Origin: Terriglobia bacterium
GTDB taxonomy: Bacteria > Acidobacteriota > Terriglobia > JAJPHL01 > JAPKYU01
DNA: 64,000 nt
Reading direction: 5' to 3'
Assembly (NCBI GenBank): GCA_965223005.1
Contig: CBDCVK010000005.1
Span: forward strand, 192,001-256,000
The position numbers and the translations under genes are program-made. Below, in pieces: positions 21,435 through 32,209 of the stretch. The notes beneath the pieces were generated by a model. That model was not told the DNA's origin. It saw only the letters and a list, made by a program, of their open reading frames with translations, and ran no database searches. Numbering within the stretch: position 1 is the stretch's first letter; every line of letters starts with the position of its first letter.

Positions 21435-22685
21435 ATGAACCTCACGCAACTAAAGGAATTGAACATCGGCCGGCTGACCCAGTTGGCCAAAGACCACAAC
21501 GTCGCCGGCGCATCCGGCATGCGCAAGCAGGACCTGATCTTCCGCCTCCTGCAGGCGGAGGCGGAGAAAAACGGCCTGGTGTTTTCCGAAGGGGTGCTGG
21601 AGACGCTGCCCGATGGCTTCGGCTTTCTCCGCAGCCCCGACTACAACTACTTGCCCAGCCCGGATGACGTCTACGTTTCGCCCTCGCAGATTCGCCGCTT
21701 TGACCTGCACACCGGCGACACCGTCAGCGGCCAGGTCCGCCCCCCGAAGGAGGCGGAAAAGTACTTTGCCTTGGTGAAGATCGAGGCGGTCAACTTCGAG
21801 TCGCCCGAAGAGGCCCGCAACAAGATCTTCTTCGACAACCTGACCCCGCTGTATCCCAACGAGCAGGTCAAGCTGGAAACCACGCGGGAGAACCTCTCCT
21901 CGCGGGTGATGGACTTGCTGACCCCGCTGGGCAAGGGCCAGCGCGGGTTGATCGTCTCGCCGCCCCGCACCGGCAAGACCATGCTGCTGCAGTCGATCGC
22001 CAACTCCATCACCACCAACCATCCCGAGATCACCCTGATCGTGCTGTTGATTGACGAGCGGCCTGAGGAGGTCACCGACATGCAGCGCTCGGTCAAGGGC
22101 GAGGTCATCAGCTCGACCTTTGATGAGCCCGCCACTCGCCACGTGCAGGTGACCGAGATGGTGATGGAGAAGGCCAAGCGGCTGGTGGAGCACAAGCGCG
22201 ACGTGGTGATCCTGCTGGACTCCATCACCCGGCTGGCCCGCGCCTACAACACCATCGTGCCCCCCTCGGGCAAGGTGCTGTCGGGCGGCGTGGATTCCAA
22301 CGCTCTACAGCGCCCCAAGCGCTTCTTCGGCGCGGCCCGCAACATCGAGGAGGGTGGCTCGCTGACTATCATCGCCACCTCCCTGATTGACACCGGCAGC
22401 CGCATGGACGACGTCATCTTTGAGGAGTTCAAGGGGACCGGCAACATGGAAGTGAACCTGGAGCGCAAGCTGGTGGACAAGCGCGTCTTCCCGGCCATCG
22501 ACATCAACAAGAGCGGCACCCGCAAGGAGGAGCTGCTGCTTTCTAAGGACGATCTGAACCGGGTCTGGGTGCTGCGCAAGGTGCTCAACCCCTTGTCGCC
22601 GGTCGAGGCCATGGAACTGCTGCTGGACAAAATGGCCCGCACCAAATCCAACGCCGAGTTCCTCAAGTCCATGAACGTCGGCTAG
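21435..22685 (+). CDS. rho: Transcription termination factor Rho
   Basis: [34 protein letters not shown]. Confidence 0.98.
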   Translation: MNLTQLKELNIGRLTQLAKDHNVAGASGMRKQDLIFRLLQAEAEKNGLVFSEGVLETLPDGFGFLRSPDYNYLPSPDDVYVSPSQIRRFDLHTGDTVSGQVRPPKEAEKYFALVKIEAVNFESPEEARNKIFFDNLTPLYPNEQVKLETTRENLSSRVMDLLTPLGKGQRGLIVSPPRTGKTMLLQSIANSITTNHPEITLIVLLIDERPEEVTDMQRSVKGEVISSTFDEPATRHVQVTEMVMEKAKRLVEHKRDVVILLDSITRLARAYNTIVPPSGKVLSGGVDSNALQRPKRFFGAARNIEEGGSLTIIATSLIDTGSRMDDVIFEEFKGTGNMEVNLERKLVDKRVFPAIDINKSGTRKEELLLSKDDLNRVWVLRKVLNPLSPVEAMELLLDKMARTKSNAEFLKSMNVG

Positions 22686-22815
22686 CCTTTTTGCCGAGTG
22701 GTCTGGTGTTCTCGGCCATGAATTTCCCGCCCGCGCTTTCTTCATTTCAGAGTGGGATTTGGCAGGCGTGATGCCAACCAGGCCGGGTGATAAAATAGCC
22801 GCTGGCTGAACAGCC

Positions 22816-24783
22816 TTGCTCGTGGGACCCTCCTCGACATCGAAGACGACCCACCCCTGGCACCTTTCCTCGGTAAAGACCTCCCGGCTGCTGGTGGCCG
22901 TCGCCACGCTGGCGGTGATCCTCTACCTCAACGTTCTTCCTAATACCTTCATTCTTGACGACTGGCAGCAGGTGGTGGAAAACCCGTTTCTTCGACGGTC
23001 CGACGGCTTGCGGAAGATTTTCACCACCGGCGTGCTGGAGTTCATGGGGCCAGTGGCGGTGAGCAACTTCTACCGGCCGCTGATGCACAGCGCCTTTTAC
23101 CTGATGTTTCGGATCTCCGGGCTCAACCCCGCCGGCTACCACACACTTTCGATCCTGTTACACGCGGCTATTTGCCTGCTGGTCTACGCCGTGATTGCTC
23201 GGCTCTCAGGCCGCCGCCTCACAGCCGTTGTCGCAGCCCTATTGTTTGCCGCACACCCGGTGCACACCGAAGCGGTAGCCTGGATCTCCGCTTACCCGGA
23301 ACTACTGTGTGCTTTCTTAACCCTGCTGGTCCTCTGGCTGTATTTGCGTGCCGAACAGGCGCAGGGCAGAGCACGCCTGGCCCTTCTCGTCCTGACCGGG
23401 CCGGTTTTCCTGCTAGCTCTGCTGGCCAAGGAGATCGCGGTCGCAGTGCCGCTGCTGCTAGCTTGCTATGAACTGCTGGTGCGCCGCGCGCCTTGGCGCG
23501 TTGCACTGCGGGCCGTCTGGCCGGCCTACGCCTCGTTTGCTGTGGCGGCCGCCGCCTACCTGGCCGCACGCTTGCACGCCCTGAAGGCCTTGATGCCGGC
23601 GGCGCAGGACCCCATTCCTCCCGGTGAGCATCTTTGGACTGCGGTGGGACTCTTCTTTCGCTACTTCTGGGTACAGGTCTGGCCGCTCGAGCTGCATGCC
23701 TTTTACTACCTGGAGCGCAACCGCAGCCCGCTGGAACCAATAGTGCTGGCTGGCCTGGCCACGCTGCTGGCTACTGCTGTACTGGGATGGTGGCTCTACC
23801 GCCGCAGGCACCCAGAAGTCTTGGCGGTGGCCCTGTACCTGCTCCCGCTGGCTCCGGCCTTCCTTCTGCCTTACTCTTCCATCGGCTGGTTGATGGCGGA
23901 GCGCTACCTTTACCTGCCCTCCGTGGGGTTCTGCTGGCTGCTGGCGGCAGGCCTGGTCGCGGCAGCGGACCGCTGGGGATACCGGCCTCTGGGCGCACTG
24001 TTTGCAATTGTGCTGGTCGCCTGCTCGGTGCGTACGGTCCTCCGAAATGGAGATTGGGCCGACGAAGTGGCGTTCTACCGCCGCACTGTCCACGCCTTCT
24101 CAGGCTTCCCGCACGCCTATCTGAACCTCGGCGAGGCTTTGCTGCGACGCGACCGGCTACCGGAAGCGCTGGAGGCTACCCAGGCCGCCGCGCGCTTGTC
24201 ACCCACCTATCCCGACCCACACAACAACCTGGGGCGCATCTACTGGCGCCAGGGGAACGAGGAGGCAGCTATCCATCATTTCCAGCGCGCCGCCACGCTG
24301 GCCGAGCGTCGGAGAAATCGCTTCGTCCAATCGCGCTCCCTGGCCAACCTCGGGGTGCTGTATCGCCAGCAAGGTAGCTTGGAGGAAGCGCTGGCCGCTT
24401 CCCGCCAGGCGCTGGTGGTGGATCCCCACTTCGCCAGTGCCCACAACAACCTCGGGTATGCGCTGTTGGTGCAAGGCCAGCGTGAGGAAGCGATCCACCA
24501 CTTCAACGAGGCCCTGGAACTGGATCCCACGCTGGACGTAGCCCATGTCAACCTGGGCTTGGCCTATGCGGAAGACCAGGAGTGGGAGGCGGCTCTGGCT
24601 CATCTACGCCAGGCCGAGCAGTTGAATCCAAACAGCAGTGAAGTGCACGCCCGCCTGGGCGAGGTCCACTTGGCGCGCGGCGAGTTCGCTCCCGCCCGCC
24701 GCGAGTTTCTCCTGGCCCTGCAATTGGACCCTGGCAACGACCGCGCGCAGGCTGGGCTCCACGCGATTCGGGAGGCACAGTGA
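22816..24783 (+). CDS. TMTC-like GT-C glycosyltransferase with C-terminal TPRs (paralog 1)
   Basis: FILDDW, YRPL, HPVHTEAVAWIS, KE, ERYLYLPS, multiple TMs, TPRs; start uncertain. Confidence 0.8.
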   Translation: MLVGPSSTSKTTHPWHLSSVKTSRLLVAVATLAVILYLNVLPNTFILDDWQQVVENPFLRRSDGLRKIFTTGVLEFMGPVAVSNFYRPLMHSAFYLMFRISGLNPAGYHTLSILLHAAICLLVYAVIARLSGRRLTAVVAALLFAAHPVHTEAVAWISAYPELLCAFLTLLVLWLYLRAEQAQGRARLALLVLTGPVFLLALLAKEIAVAVPLLLACYELLVRRAPWRVALRAVWPAYASFAVAAAAYLAARLHALKALMPAAQDPIPPGEHLWTAVGLFFRYFWVQVWPLELHAFYYLERNRSPLEPIVLAGLATLLATAVLGWWLYRRRHPEVLAVALYLLPLAPAFLLPYSSIGWLMAERYLYLPSVGFCWLLAAGLVAAADRWGYRPLGALFAIVLVACSVRTVLRNGDWADEVAFYRRTVHAFSGFPHAYLNLGEALLRRDRLPEALEATQAAARLSPTYPDPHNNLGRIYWRQGNEEAAIHHFQRAATLAERRRNRFVQSRSLANLGVLYRQQGSLEEALAASRQALVVDPHFASAHNNLGYALLVQGQREEAIHHFNEALELDPTLDVAHVNLGLAYAEDQEWEAALAHLRQAEQLNPNSSEVHARLGEVHLARGEFAPARREFLLALQLDPGNDRAQAGLHAIREAQ

Positions 24784-26750
24784 ATTCTCCATGGGGGCGC
24801 GTCCGCGCCGCGCTCGCATCGCCCGATTCTTCCTGGCCTTGGATCGCCATTGGCGCTCTGGCCACCCTCCCGCACCTGAGCGTCATCCTGAATCCTTTTG
24901 CCTATGATGACTGGAACAGCATTGTCCAAAATCCCTATCTGAGACATCCGCAGGCACTGGGCAAGTTTTTCGGCGGCAGCGTGTGGGACTTCCTCGGCGC
25001 GGCGCACATCATCCTGGGAAACTACTACCGGCCGGTGATGCACAGCTTCCACTATCTCCTGTACCGGTTGTTTGGGCTCAATCCGGCCTGGTTTCACTTG
25101 TTCTGCCTGACGCTGCACGTCGGCGTTAGCCTGCTGGTGGCGGGCGTGGTGCGCCGCCTGTCAGGGTGGCATGCAGTGGGCATGATGGCTGGACTGATGT
25201 TTGCCGTGCATCCGGCGCATACAGAAGTGGTGGCCTGGATCTCCTGCTCGCCTGAGTTGCTCAGCTCCTTGTTTTCTTTGCTGGCTTTTTGGTTGTACTT
25301 GCGCGCCGTCGAGGCCTACGGCCTGCGCCGTGCGTTGCTTACGCTGGCCATGGGAGGGAGCCTGCTGCTGGCTCAGCTCTCGAAAGAAATCGGCGTGCTG
25401 ATGCCGATGGTCATCCTGGCTTATGAATTTCTCGTGCGTCGCCTCAGCTTGCGGACGCTATTGCAGCAACGCTGGCCCGAGTACTCTGCCCTAGGCGCCG
25501 CAACCTTGCTATACCTGGCGATGCGCGTCCATGCCCTGGGTGGGTTGCTTCCGGTTCCGAAGCAGATCGCGGTCCCCTGGACCGAGCAGCTCTGGACCTC
25601 GGTCGCCTTGTTCTATCGCTATCTGGTCTTGCTGCTCTGGCCGATGGATCTGATCTTTTTCCGTTACTACGAGCCGAATCGCAGCCCGCTGGAACCGGCG
25701 GTGGTGGCGGGTTGGCTTTCCCTGGCGGGCTTTGCCGGCCTGGCCGTTTGGCTCTATCGCCGGCGGCTACCTGAAGCGCTGGCTCCGGCGATGTACCTGT
25801 TGCCGCTGCTGCCTGTCTTCCAGCTGCCCTACATCTTCACCGGACTGCTGATGATCGAGAGGGCAGCCTACCTGCCGTCGGTGGCATTCTGCTGGCTGCT
25901 GGCGGCAGGCCTGGTGAAGCTGGCGGAGCGGCGTGGTGTACGCACGGCCACACTGCTGGCCGTACTTGTGCTAGCGGCCTACACCGGCCGCAGCGCGGCC
26001 CGTGTGGACGACTGGCGTGACGAAGTGAATCTGTTCCGAGAGGGGCTGGCGCATGCGCCTGCATCTTTCCACCTTCACCTGAAAGGCGGCGAGGCGCTGC
26101 TGCGCCAGCAGAAGCCACTGGAGGCGGCCGCCGCGTTCCGGGAAGCTCTGCGCTTGCGCCCCGGCCATACCGATATCCATAACAGTCTGGGCCAGGCCTA
26201 CGGGCTGCTTGGACAGCAGGAAACTGCCCTCGTTCACTACCGCTACGCGGCCGAACTGTCCCTGCAGGACAACCGGCCCGATTCCGCCGCCCGTGCGTGG
26301 TACAACATCGGGATCGTCTACCGCTCGCAGGAGCGCAACCGGGAGGCCATCGCTGCCTACCAACAGGCGCTGCAGCTCGACCCGGAATTCGCCGCCGCCC
26401 ACAACAACCTCGGCTTCGCCTTATTGCTGGAGGGAGAAGTGGAGGAGGCAGCGCGGCAACTGCGCGCCGCCATCCAACGCGACCCCACCCTGGGGCAAGC
26501 TCATGCCAACCTCGGGCTGGCCTACGCCATGAGAGGCCAATGGGGGGCAGCACTGGCGACCTTGGCGCAAGCCGAGCGGCTCAGTCCCAACAATCCGGAA
26601 GTGCACGCGCGCATCGGGGAGATTCACCTTGCGCGGGGAGAGGAGCGCGCGGCGCAGCGGCGTTTCTGGCGAGCTCTCCAGCCCCACCCGCAGAACCCGC
26701 GGGCACTGGCCGGCATGGCCGCCCTGCGCGCGCACGAGGCACAGCCGTGA
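24780..26750 (+). CDS. TMTC-like glycosyltransferase-TPR protein (paralog 2)
   Basis: AYDDW, YYRPV, HPAHTEVVAWIS, ERAAYLPS, TPRs; GTGA overlap. Confidence 0.8.
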   Translation: MNSPWGRVRAALASPDSSWPWIAIGALATLPHLSVILNPFAYDDWNSIVQNPYLRHPQALGKFFGGSVWDFLGAAHIILGNYYRPVMHSFHYLLYRLFGLNPAWFHLFCLTLHVGVSLLVAGVVRRLSGWHAVGMMAGLMFAVHPAHTEVVAWISCSPELLSSLFSLLAFWLYLRAVEAYGLRRALLTLAMGGSLLLAQLSKEIGVLMPMVILAYEFLVRRLSLRTLLQQRWPEYSALGAATLLYLAMRVHALGGLLPVPKQIAVPWTEQLWTSVALFYRYLVLLLWPMDLIFFRYYEPNRSPLEPAVVAGWLSLAGFAGLAVWLYRRRLPEALAPAMYLLPLLPVFQLPYIFTGLLMIERAAYLPSVAFCWLLAAGLVKLAERRGVRTATLLAVLVLAAYTGRSAARVDDWRDEVNLFREGLAHAPASFHLHLKGGEALLRQQKPLEAAAAFREALRLRPGHTDIHNSLGQAYGLLGQQETALVHYRYAAELSLQDNRPDSAARAWYNIGIVYRSQERNREAIAAYQQALQLDPEFAAAHNNLGFALLLEGEVEEAARQLRAAIQRDPTLGQAHANLGLAYAMRGQWGAALATLAQAERLSPNNPEVHARIGEIHLARGEERAAQRRFWRALQPHPQNPRALAGMAALRAHEAQP

Positions 26751-28675
26751 ACCTGCCCCGCCTCGCGCCATGGCGTGCCGGCTTGCTGGTGGCTCTGCTG
26801 GCCGGCCTTGTGTATCTCAATACGCTGCCCAATGCGTTCGTCATTGACGATCGCCAGCAGATTGTTGACAACGGCTTCCTGCGCCAGCGCGACGGCTTGA
26901 AGAAAATCTTCACCACCAACGTCTGGGCCTTTGTGCAGAAGGAGAGCCTCACCAACTACTACCGGCCGTTGATGCACACCGTCCTGTATTTCTGGTGGCG
27001 GATGTTCCGCGAAAATCCGGCCGGCTATCATGCGCTGAGCATCGTGCTGCACGCTGCTGTCACACTGCTCGTGTTTTTCTGGCTGCGCCGTATCCAGCCG
27101 AACGCGACGGTGGCGTGGCTGGCCGCGCTGCTGTTCGCCGTGCACCCGATCCACACGGAAGCAGTCGCCTGGATCTCAGCGTTTCCCGATCTGTTATGCA
27201 GTCTGCTGGTGCTCGCAGGCTTTCAGCTCTACCTGCGCGCCGAGCAGACTCATGGGTGGCGCCGCTACGCTCAAGAGACCGCTCTGGCAGCGTGCCTGCT
27301 GCTCGCCTTTTTGACCAAGGAAATTGGCTTTACGCTGCCGCTCCTGCTGGTCATCTACGAGATGTTGGAACGGCAGCGGCGGCCCCTTTCCCTGCTGCGC
27401 GCGCGCCTGTTCCCATACGCGGCCATGGCCGGCGCCACGGCAGTCTATCTGGCGATGCGCTGGTATGCGCTGGAGGGCCTAATTCCCGTCTCCTGGGGGT
27501 TCAAAGGCAGCCGCGGTCAGATGGTGCTCGGCTGGATCGCCCTGGTCTACGAATACACCGCACGTGTCGTCTTTCCCCTAAGGCTCAGCAGCTTTCATGT
27601 CATGTCCCCTCCCGGCAGACTGCTGGAGCCGAATGTGCTCGCAGGATTGGTCATCGCCGGGGGCTGGATCGCACTGGGCATCTGGCTCTACCGGCGCCGC
27701 CAACCGGAATGGCTGGCTGTGGTGCTGTTCCTGGTAGTCCTGCTGCCCTCGTTTCCGCCGACCACCCAGTTGGTAAAAGGCTTCTGGCTTGGCGAGCGCT
27801 ATCTCTACCTGCCTTCGGTGGGATTTTGCTGGCTCCTGGCAGCAGCGCTGGACCGCTTGGCCTTCCGAGTGGGTTGGAGACCCGTGGTGGGCTTGAGCCT
27901 GGCCCTGGTGCTAGCCTACGGCGGGCGGACTGTGCTGCGGAACCAGCAGTGGCGCGACGAAATTGGCTTTTACCTGCATGAGCTGAGGACTGAGGGTGAA
28001 TCCGAAGGAATTCGCCCAATACTGGCCGATGCCTATTTGCGCCGTGGCATGGCCAGCGAGGCGCTGCCTCACACCCAGGCTATGGTGCGCCTGGCGCCTC
28101 GCGATCCTTTCACGCACAATTCTCTCGGGTTCGTCTACTGGCGCTTGGGAGAACGGGACAAGGCTTTGGCCCAATATCAGATGTCGATAGACCTGGCCCA
28201 GGAACAGGGCAAGCCTGGCTTCGCTGCGCTGTCGCTGAACAACCTCGCCGTAGCCTACGGGCAGACGGGAGAGCTGGGTCGTGCCATCTCCGCGTACCGG
28301 CAAGCTGTGGCCTTGGACCCGGATTTTGCCCAGGGCCACAACAATCTGGGCGCGGCTTTGTTTGAAGTCGGAAGGCTGAAGCAAGCTGTGCTTCATCTGC
28401 GCAAGGCCACGCGACTGAGCCCAGCCTCGGCCTCCGCCCATGCAAATTTGGGACTGGCCCTGACTGCGCTGAACGACTTGCGCGGGGCCCGGGTCGCGCT
28501 GAGTGAAGCTTTGCGCCTGGAACCCGGCGACGCCGAAACATGGGCCCGCCTGGGGGAGCTAAGCCTGCGGGCGGGCCAGCTGCCCGAAGCCCGGCGCCTG
28601 TTCAGCCGGGCGCTCGAGCTAGATCCCGCCAATCAGCGTGCCCTTGCCGGGCTGTCTGCTGTACAGACGCGCTAG
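26747..28675 (+). CDS. TMTC-like glycosyltransferase-TPR protein (paralog 3)
   Basis: VIDDR, YYRPL, HPIHTEAVAWIS, ERYLYLPS, TPRs; GTGA overlap at 26747. Confidence 0.8.
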   Translation: MNLPRLAPWRAGLLVALLAGLVYLNTLPNAFVIDDRQQIVDNGFLRQRDGLKKIFTTNVWAFVQKESLTNYYRPLMHTVLYFWWRMFRENPAGYHALSIVLHAAVTLLVFFWLRRIQPNATVAWLAALLFAVHPIHTEAVAWISAFPDLLCSLLVLAGFQLYLRAEQTHGWRRYAQETALAACLLLAFLTKEIGFTLPLLLVIYEMLERQRRPLSLLRARLFPYAAMAGATAVYLAMRWYALEGLIPVSWGFKGSRGQMVLGWIALVYEYTARVVFPLRLSSFHVMSPPGRLLEPNVLAGLVIAGGWIALGIWLYRRRQPEWLAVVLFLVVLLPSFPPTTQLVKGFWLGERYLYLPSVGFCWLLAAALDRLAFRVGWRPVVGLSLALVLAYGGRTVLRNQQWRDEIGFYLHELRTEGESEGIRPILADAYLRRGMASEALPHTQAMVRLAPRDPFTHNSLGFVYWRLGERDKALAQYQMSIDLAQEQGKPGFAALSLNNLAVAYGQTGELGRAISAYRQAVALDPDFAQGHNNLGAALFEVGRLKQAVLHLRKATRLSPASASAHANLGLALTALNDLRGARVALSEALRLEPGDAETWARLGELSLRAGQLPEARRLFSRALELDPANQRALAGLSAVQTR

Positions 28676-28801
28676 TTCCTCTGCGTTTCTCGCCCTTTGT
28701 CGCGCCCGGCCCACCGCAGGTGAGTACCGGGCAGCCGGGTCGTTTGACAGTACCGCAGGGACGCTGTTAGCATTTCGTGGTTGTAAGTTCGGAGATCACC
28801 A

Positions 28802-29539
28802 TTGGCGCGAATTAGCAGGAAGGAACTCAAGAAGGATCAATTTGTCACTGAGTTCTCCAGGACCTACCAGTTTCTCCAACAGCACCGCACTGCTCTGATC
28901 TTGCTGCTGATTGCCGTCGTCCTAGTGATGGTCCTGGGCTTGGGCGGTTACTTTTATGTGCAGAATCGGAAGGCGCAGGCTAATGAGGAGCTGGCCCACG
29001 CCATTCGTGTCTTCTACGCTCCCACGACCTCGGAGAACCCCCAAGCGGAGCCCGACATGAAGTTCTCCGACGAGGAGGCGCGTTACCGCCAGGCCGAAAA
29101 AGAGTTTGCGGCCATCGCTCAGAAGTATGGCTGGCTCGCCAAACTCCGCTTCGGTGGCCAGCCGCGCATAGCTCGCTACTACCTGGGCCTGACCAAGCAA
29201 CATCTAGGTCAAACCGAAGAAGCCATGCGCGAGCTGCGCACGCTCGCCGAGCAGGACGAGGACCGACAGTTGGCGCCCCTGGCCCGGTTTGCGCTGGCCG
29301 GAATCTATGCCCAAAACGGCAAATCCGACGAGGCCGAGAAACTCTACCGAGAACTGGCAGACCGGCCGGGAGACCTGGTTTCCCGGGAAACGGCCCTACT
29401 GACCCTGGCCGAGCACTTGAGCGAGCAAAAGCCGGACGAAGCCGAAAAGATCTATCAGCAGATCCAGAAGGAGACCCCGGACGGCACCGCGGCCGATGCA
29501 GCCTACGAGCGGCTGTCCGAACTGAGGAAGAGCCAATAG
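28802..29539 (+). CDS. YfgM-like membrane-anchored TPR protein
   Basis: RISRKELKKDQF N-terminus, single TM, TPR-like helices. Confidence 0.75.
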   Translation: MARISRKELKKDQFVTEFSRTYQFLQQHRTALILLLIAVVLVMVLGLGGYFYVQNRKAQANEELAHAIRVFYAPTTSENPQAEPDMKFSDEEARYRQAEKEFAAIAQKYGWLAKLRFGGQPRIARYYLGLTKQHLGQTEEAMRELRTLAEQDEDRQLAPLARFALAGIYAQNGKSDEAEKLYRELADRPGDLVSRETALLTLAEHLSEQKPDEAEKIYQQIQKETPDGTAADAAYERLSELRKSQ

Positions 29540-29583
29540 CGCCACGCTAGCCAGCGCGTGCGTTCGGGCACGCCTTGGCCCCG

Positions 29584-30708
29584 ATGCTTGCCCCATTCGC
29601 CTTCCGTGTTGAGCAAAGTTTGGGGCGCCGCTCTCCGGAAGCGCCTCACCCCTACCGCGACGATTTCCAGCGCGACCGCGACCGCATCGTCCATTCCCGA
29701 GCCTTTCGCCGCCTGGAAAACAAAACCCAGGTATTCACCAGCCGCTACAGCGACCACTTCCGCAACCGGCTCACCCACACCATCGAGGTGGCCCAGATCA
29801 CCCGCACTGTTGGTGCCGCTTTACGTCTGAATGTGGAGCTGTGCGAGGCGCTGGCGCTGGTCCACGACGTCGGCCACCCGCCCTTCGGTCACGCCGGCGA
29901 GAAAAGCCTGGACCGGGCGATGCGCCGCTTCGGCGACCGCTTCGAGCATAACCTCCACGCCCTGCGAATCGTCGAGTACTTCGAACAGCGTTATGCCGCC
30001 TTTCACGGCTTGAACCTGACCTTTGAAGTGCGCGAGGGCATCATCAAGCACTCCCGCGACTACTCAGCAACCGAACACCCCGAGCTGGCCGAGTACCTGC
30101 TGGCGAAGAAGCCACCACTGGAAGCACAACTTATTGACCTGGCCGACGAAATCGCTTACAACACCGCCGACCTGGACGACGGCTTTGAAGCCGGACTTCT
30201 CGAGCTGGAGCTGATCCGGGCCGAAGTACCACTATTCAACGTCCACTTTGAAGCCGTGGAACAGATCTTCGCGGCCGCGCTGCCGAAGCTGAAGTTTAAC
30301 GAAACGTTGAAGCGAGTTCTGGACGCGCTGGCCAGCGACCTGATCGAAAGCACTCGCGCCACACTGGAGCGCGAACGGACTGGCTCGGTCGAAGACGTCC
30401 GCGACTTCCCCCGCCGGCTGGCCAGCCTTAATCCGGAAATGAGCCAGCACACCCGTAGCCTAAAGGAATTTCTCTACCGGCGACTTTACGATCACTCTGC
30501 ACTCTGCCGGGAGCGGGAGGGGGGCGCCGAAATGGTGGCCGAATTGTTCGACCTTTACCTGGAACATCCCAACCGCCTGCCCCGCGCCTACCGGGCAAGG
30601 ATAAATGAGGAAGCGCCGCACCGAGTTATCTGTGACTACATCGCCGGCATGACCGACACCTTCCTCCAGAAGCAATTCCAGGAGGTCGTTGCCAGCGCGG
30701 AGCGCTAG
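29584..30708 (+). CDS. dgt: dGTP triphosphohydrolase (HD family)
   Basis: FQRDRDRI, KTQVF, RLTHTIEV, HDVGHPPFGHAGE, DYIAGMTD. Confidence 0.93.
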   Translation: MLAPFAFRVEQSLGRRSPEAPHPYRDDFQRDRDRIVHSRAFRRLENKTQVFTSRYSDHFRNRLTHTIEVAQITRTVGAALRLNVELCEALALVHDVGHPPFGHAGEKSLDRAMRRFGDRFEHNLHALRIVEYFEQRYAAFHGLNLTFEVREGIIKHSRDYSATEHPELAEYLLAKKPPLEAQLIDLADEIAYNTADLDDGFEAGLLELELIRAEVPLFNVHFEAVEQIFAAALPKLKFNETLKRVLDALASDLIESTRATLERERTGSVEDVRDFPRRLASLNPEMSQHTRSLKEFLYRRLYDHSALCREREGGAEMVAELFDLYLEHPNRLPRAYRARINEEAPHRVICDYIAGMTDTFLQKQFQEVVASAER

Positions 30709-30860
30709 CGGCAGCCTTCGACCGGCGCTTGGACTGCCGGTCTTTGGCCGTCTGAGGTTTCATAAGAGCTACGGCACGCGTGTATCTTTTCCCGTCAAGA
30801 AAAGCCAGGAGGTGATATAGTAGTTGTTGAGTAGACGCAGACGAAATTGCGGATGTTCTT

Positions 30861-31079
30861 ATGAAGAAGCGCCCAGAAAAGGACTTCCAATTTGATCCTG
30901 CGCCCCCACCACCGCCGCCCCCAGCCTCGGTCGAGGAATTTGAGGCCAGCCGGTCGATCCGGTGCCGCGTCTGTGGCAACCCGGGAGCCAGCAAGCACAA
31001 TGATACGCTCTGCTGGGTTTGCCGCCACTTGAAGGTCAGCGCCTGGAAAGACGTCGAAAAGTTCTCCTTCCCCGATTAG
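30861..31079 (+). CDS. Small putative zinc-ribbon protein
   Basis: CRVC and CWVC pairs, poly-Pro; upstream TGaTATAGT extended -10. Confidence 0.55.
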   Translation: MKKRPEKDFQFDPAPPPPPPPASVEEFEASRSIRCRVCGNPGASKHNDTLCWVCRHLKVSAWKDVEKFSFPD

Positions 31080-31302
31080 ATTGTTCTTTGCCCCTTCCGC
31101 TTGATTGAGTCACAGCCCGCGTGTGCGCTCCAGCTATGCCTCATCGGTGGGAGCAGGCGGGAAGCGGCAAGTTTGCGAGCTGACCGGTGCGCCCGCGCGA
31201 GACAGGCCGTGGACGACGGGCTGCCGGGGAGTCGACCGCCTAGCTCCCCTCTTGTCCTGTTATTGGAGCGGCCCTCGCGCGTCGAGGACCGGCGGAGGTA
31301 GA

Positions 31303-31548
31303 ATGACGGCTATGGCAATGCAGGCCTACGTGTTTATCAACGTGCATGCCGGCTGGGCGCGGAAGATTATTCGGGACATGAACGAAATCCCCGAGGTGAA
31401 AACCGTGCATGCCTGCTGGGGTCGTCCCGATGTGATCGCCCACGTGGAAGTCGGCGATGAGACGGAACTTCGCGAACTGGTCCTGGGGCGGATCCACAAC
31501 CTGGAGGGAGTCAGCGAGACCGATACTCGCATCATCGTAAAGTTGTAA
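31303..31548 (+). CDS. Stand-alone Lrp/AsnC ligand-binding (RAM) domain protein
   Basis: GGAGG RBS; AYVFINV...IPEV...G..DVIAHV...LEGVSETDTRI. Confidence 0.85.
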   Translation: MTAMAMQAYVFINVHAGWARKIIRDMNEIPEVKTVHACWGRPDVIAHVEVGDETELRELVLGRIHNLEGVSETDTRIIVKL

Positions 31549-31697
31549 GCTTCCAAGCTCTATTGGAACCTTCAGAACTTCGGGGGATTCTTACTGCTTT
31601 TCGTAGAACCTCTGCGGGCCAGTAGCGGAAACCAGTTGGGGTTGACCGAAATTAGGTGCCCTGAGCAGCTACGCGAAAGTTGCCGGCGAATGGAGGT

Positions 31698-32051
31698 TCA
31701 CCGTACCAGACCTTGCGCACGGTTCGCCTTGAAGCGTCGCTTCGCCTCCAGGCGCCGTTCTTCACTCCACCTTCCCACCTTTGCGCGACCTGAAGCCTTG
31801 TACTCGGCCACCTCCGATTCGGTCACGTCCTGCCGAGCGCATAAGGGGCAATCACTCTGTTCAGCCGCAAGAGCGGTCAACAGCTTGCCGTAACAAATTT
31901 CCGGTCCTTCCTGGTACTTGAGAAGGCCCGGCCGAAAGGCGGCATCCCCGATCACTACGGTGAAGGAACGAGTTGGAGTGTTGTTCCCTGGGACAGAGAA
32001 ACCATATTCGCGGCCGCCCGGCACTACGGTAAATCCCGTGTATATAAGCAT
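31698..32051 (-). CDS. Hypothetical protein
   Basis: GAGGAGG RBS; last gene of the co-oriented csp cluster. Confidence 0.65.
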   Translation of the reverse strand: MLIYTGFTVVPGGREYGFSVPGNNTPTRSFTVVIGDAAFRPGLLKYQEGPEICYGKLLTALAAEQSDCPLCARQDVTESEVAEYKASGRAKVGRWSEERRLEAKRRFKANRAQGLVR

Positions 32052-32209
32052 GCTCCACCATCCTCCTCATCTGCCCAGAAAGAGAGAAGCTGCGCCACGG
32101 TGACAGACTACGGATCGGTTTGCCGTGCTGTTCATGGTCACCGCTCTTTGGCAACGGTGCGGACCGGCGTGTCCGGAGGAAAGCAGAGGAGTATGCAATC
32201 GAGGCAAAA

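Noticed and set aside
26297-26746. N-terminal extension of the third TMTC-like ORF
   Set aside because: It overlaps paralog 2; GTG at 26747 aligns with the paralog starts
32085-32145. c-di-GMP-I riboswitch (GGCAAACC on the minus strand)
   Set aside because: Lacks the GNRA tetraloop and the GACGCAAAGC continuation
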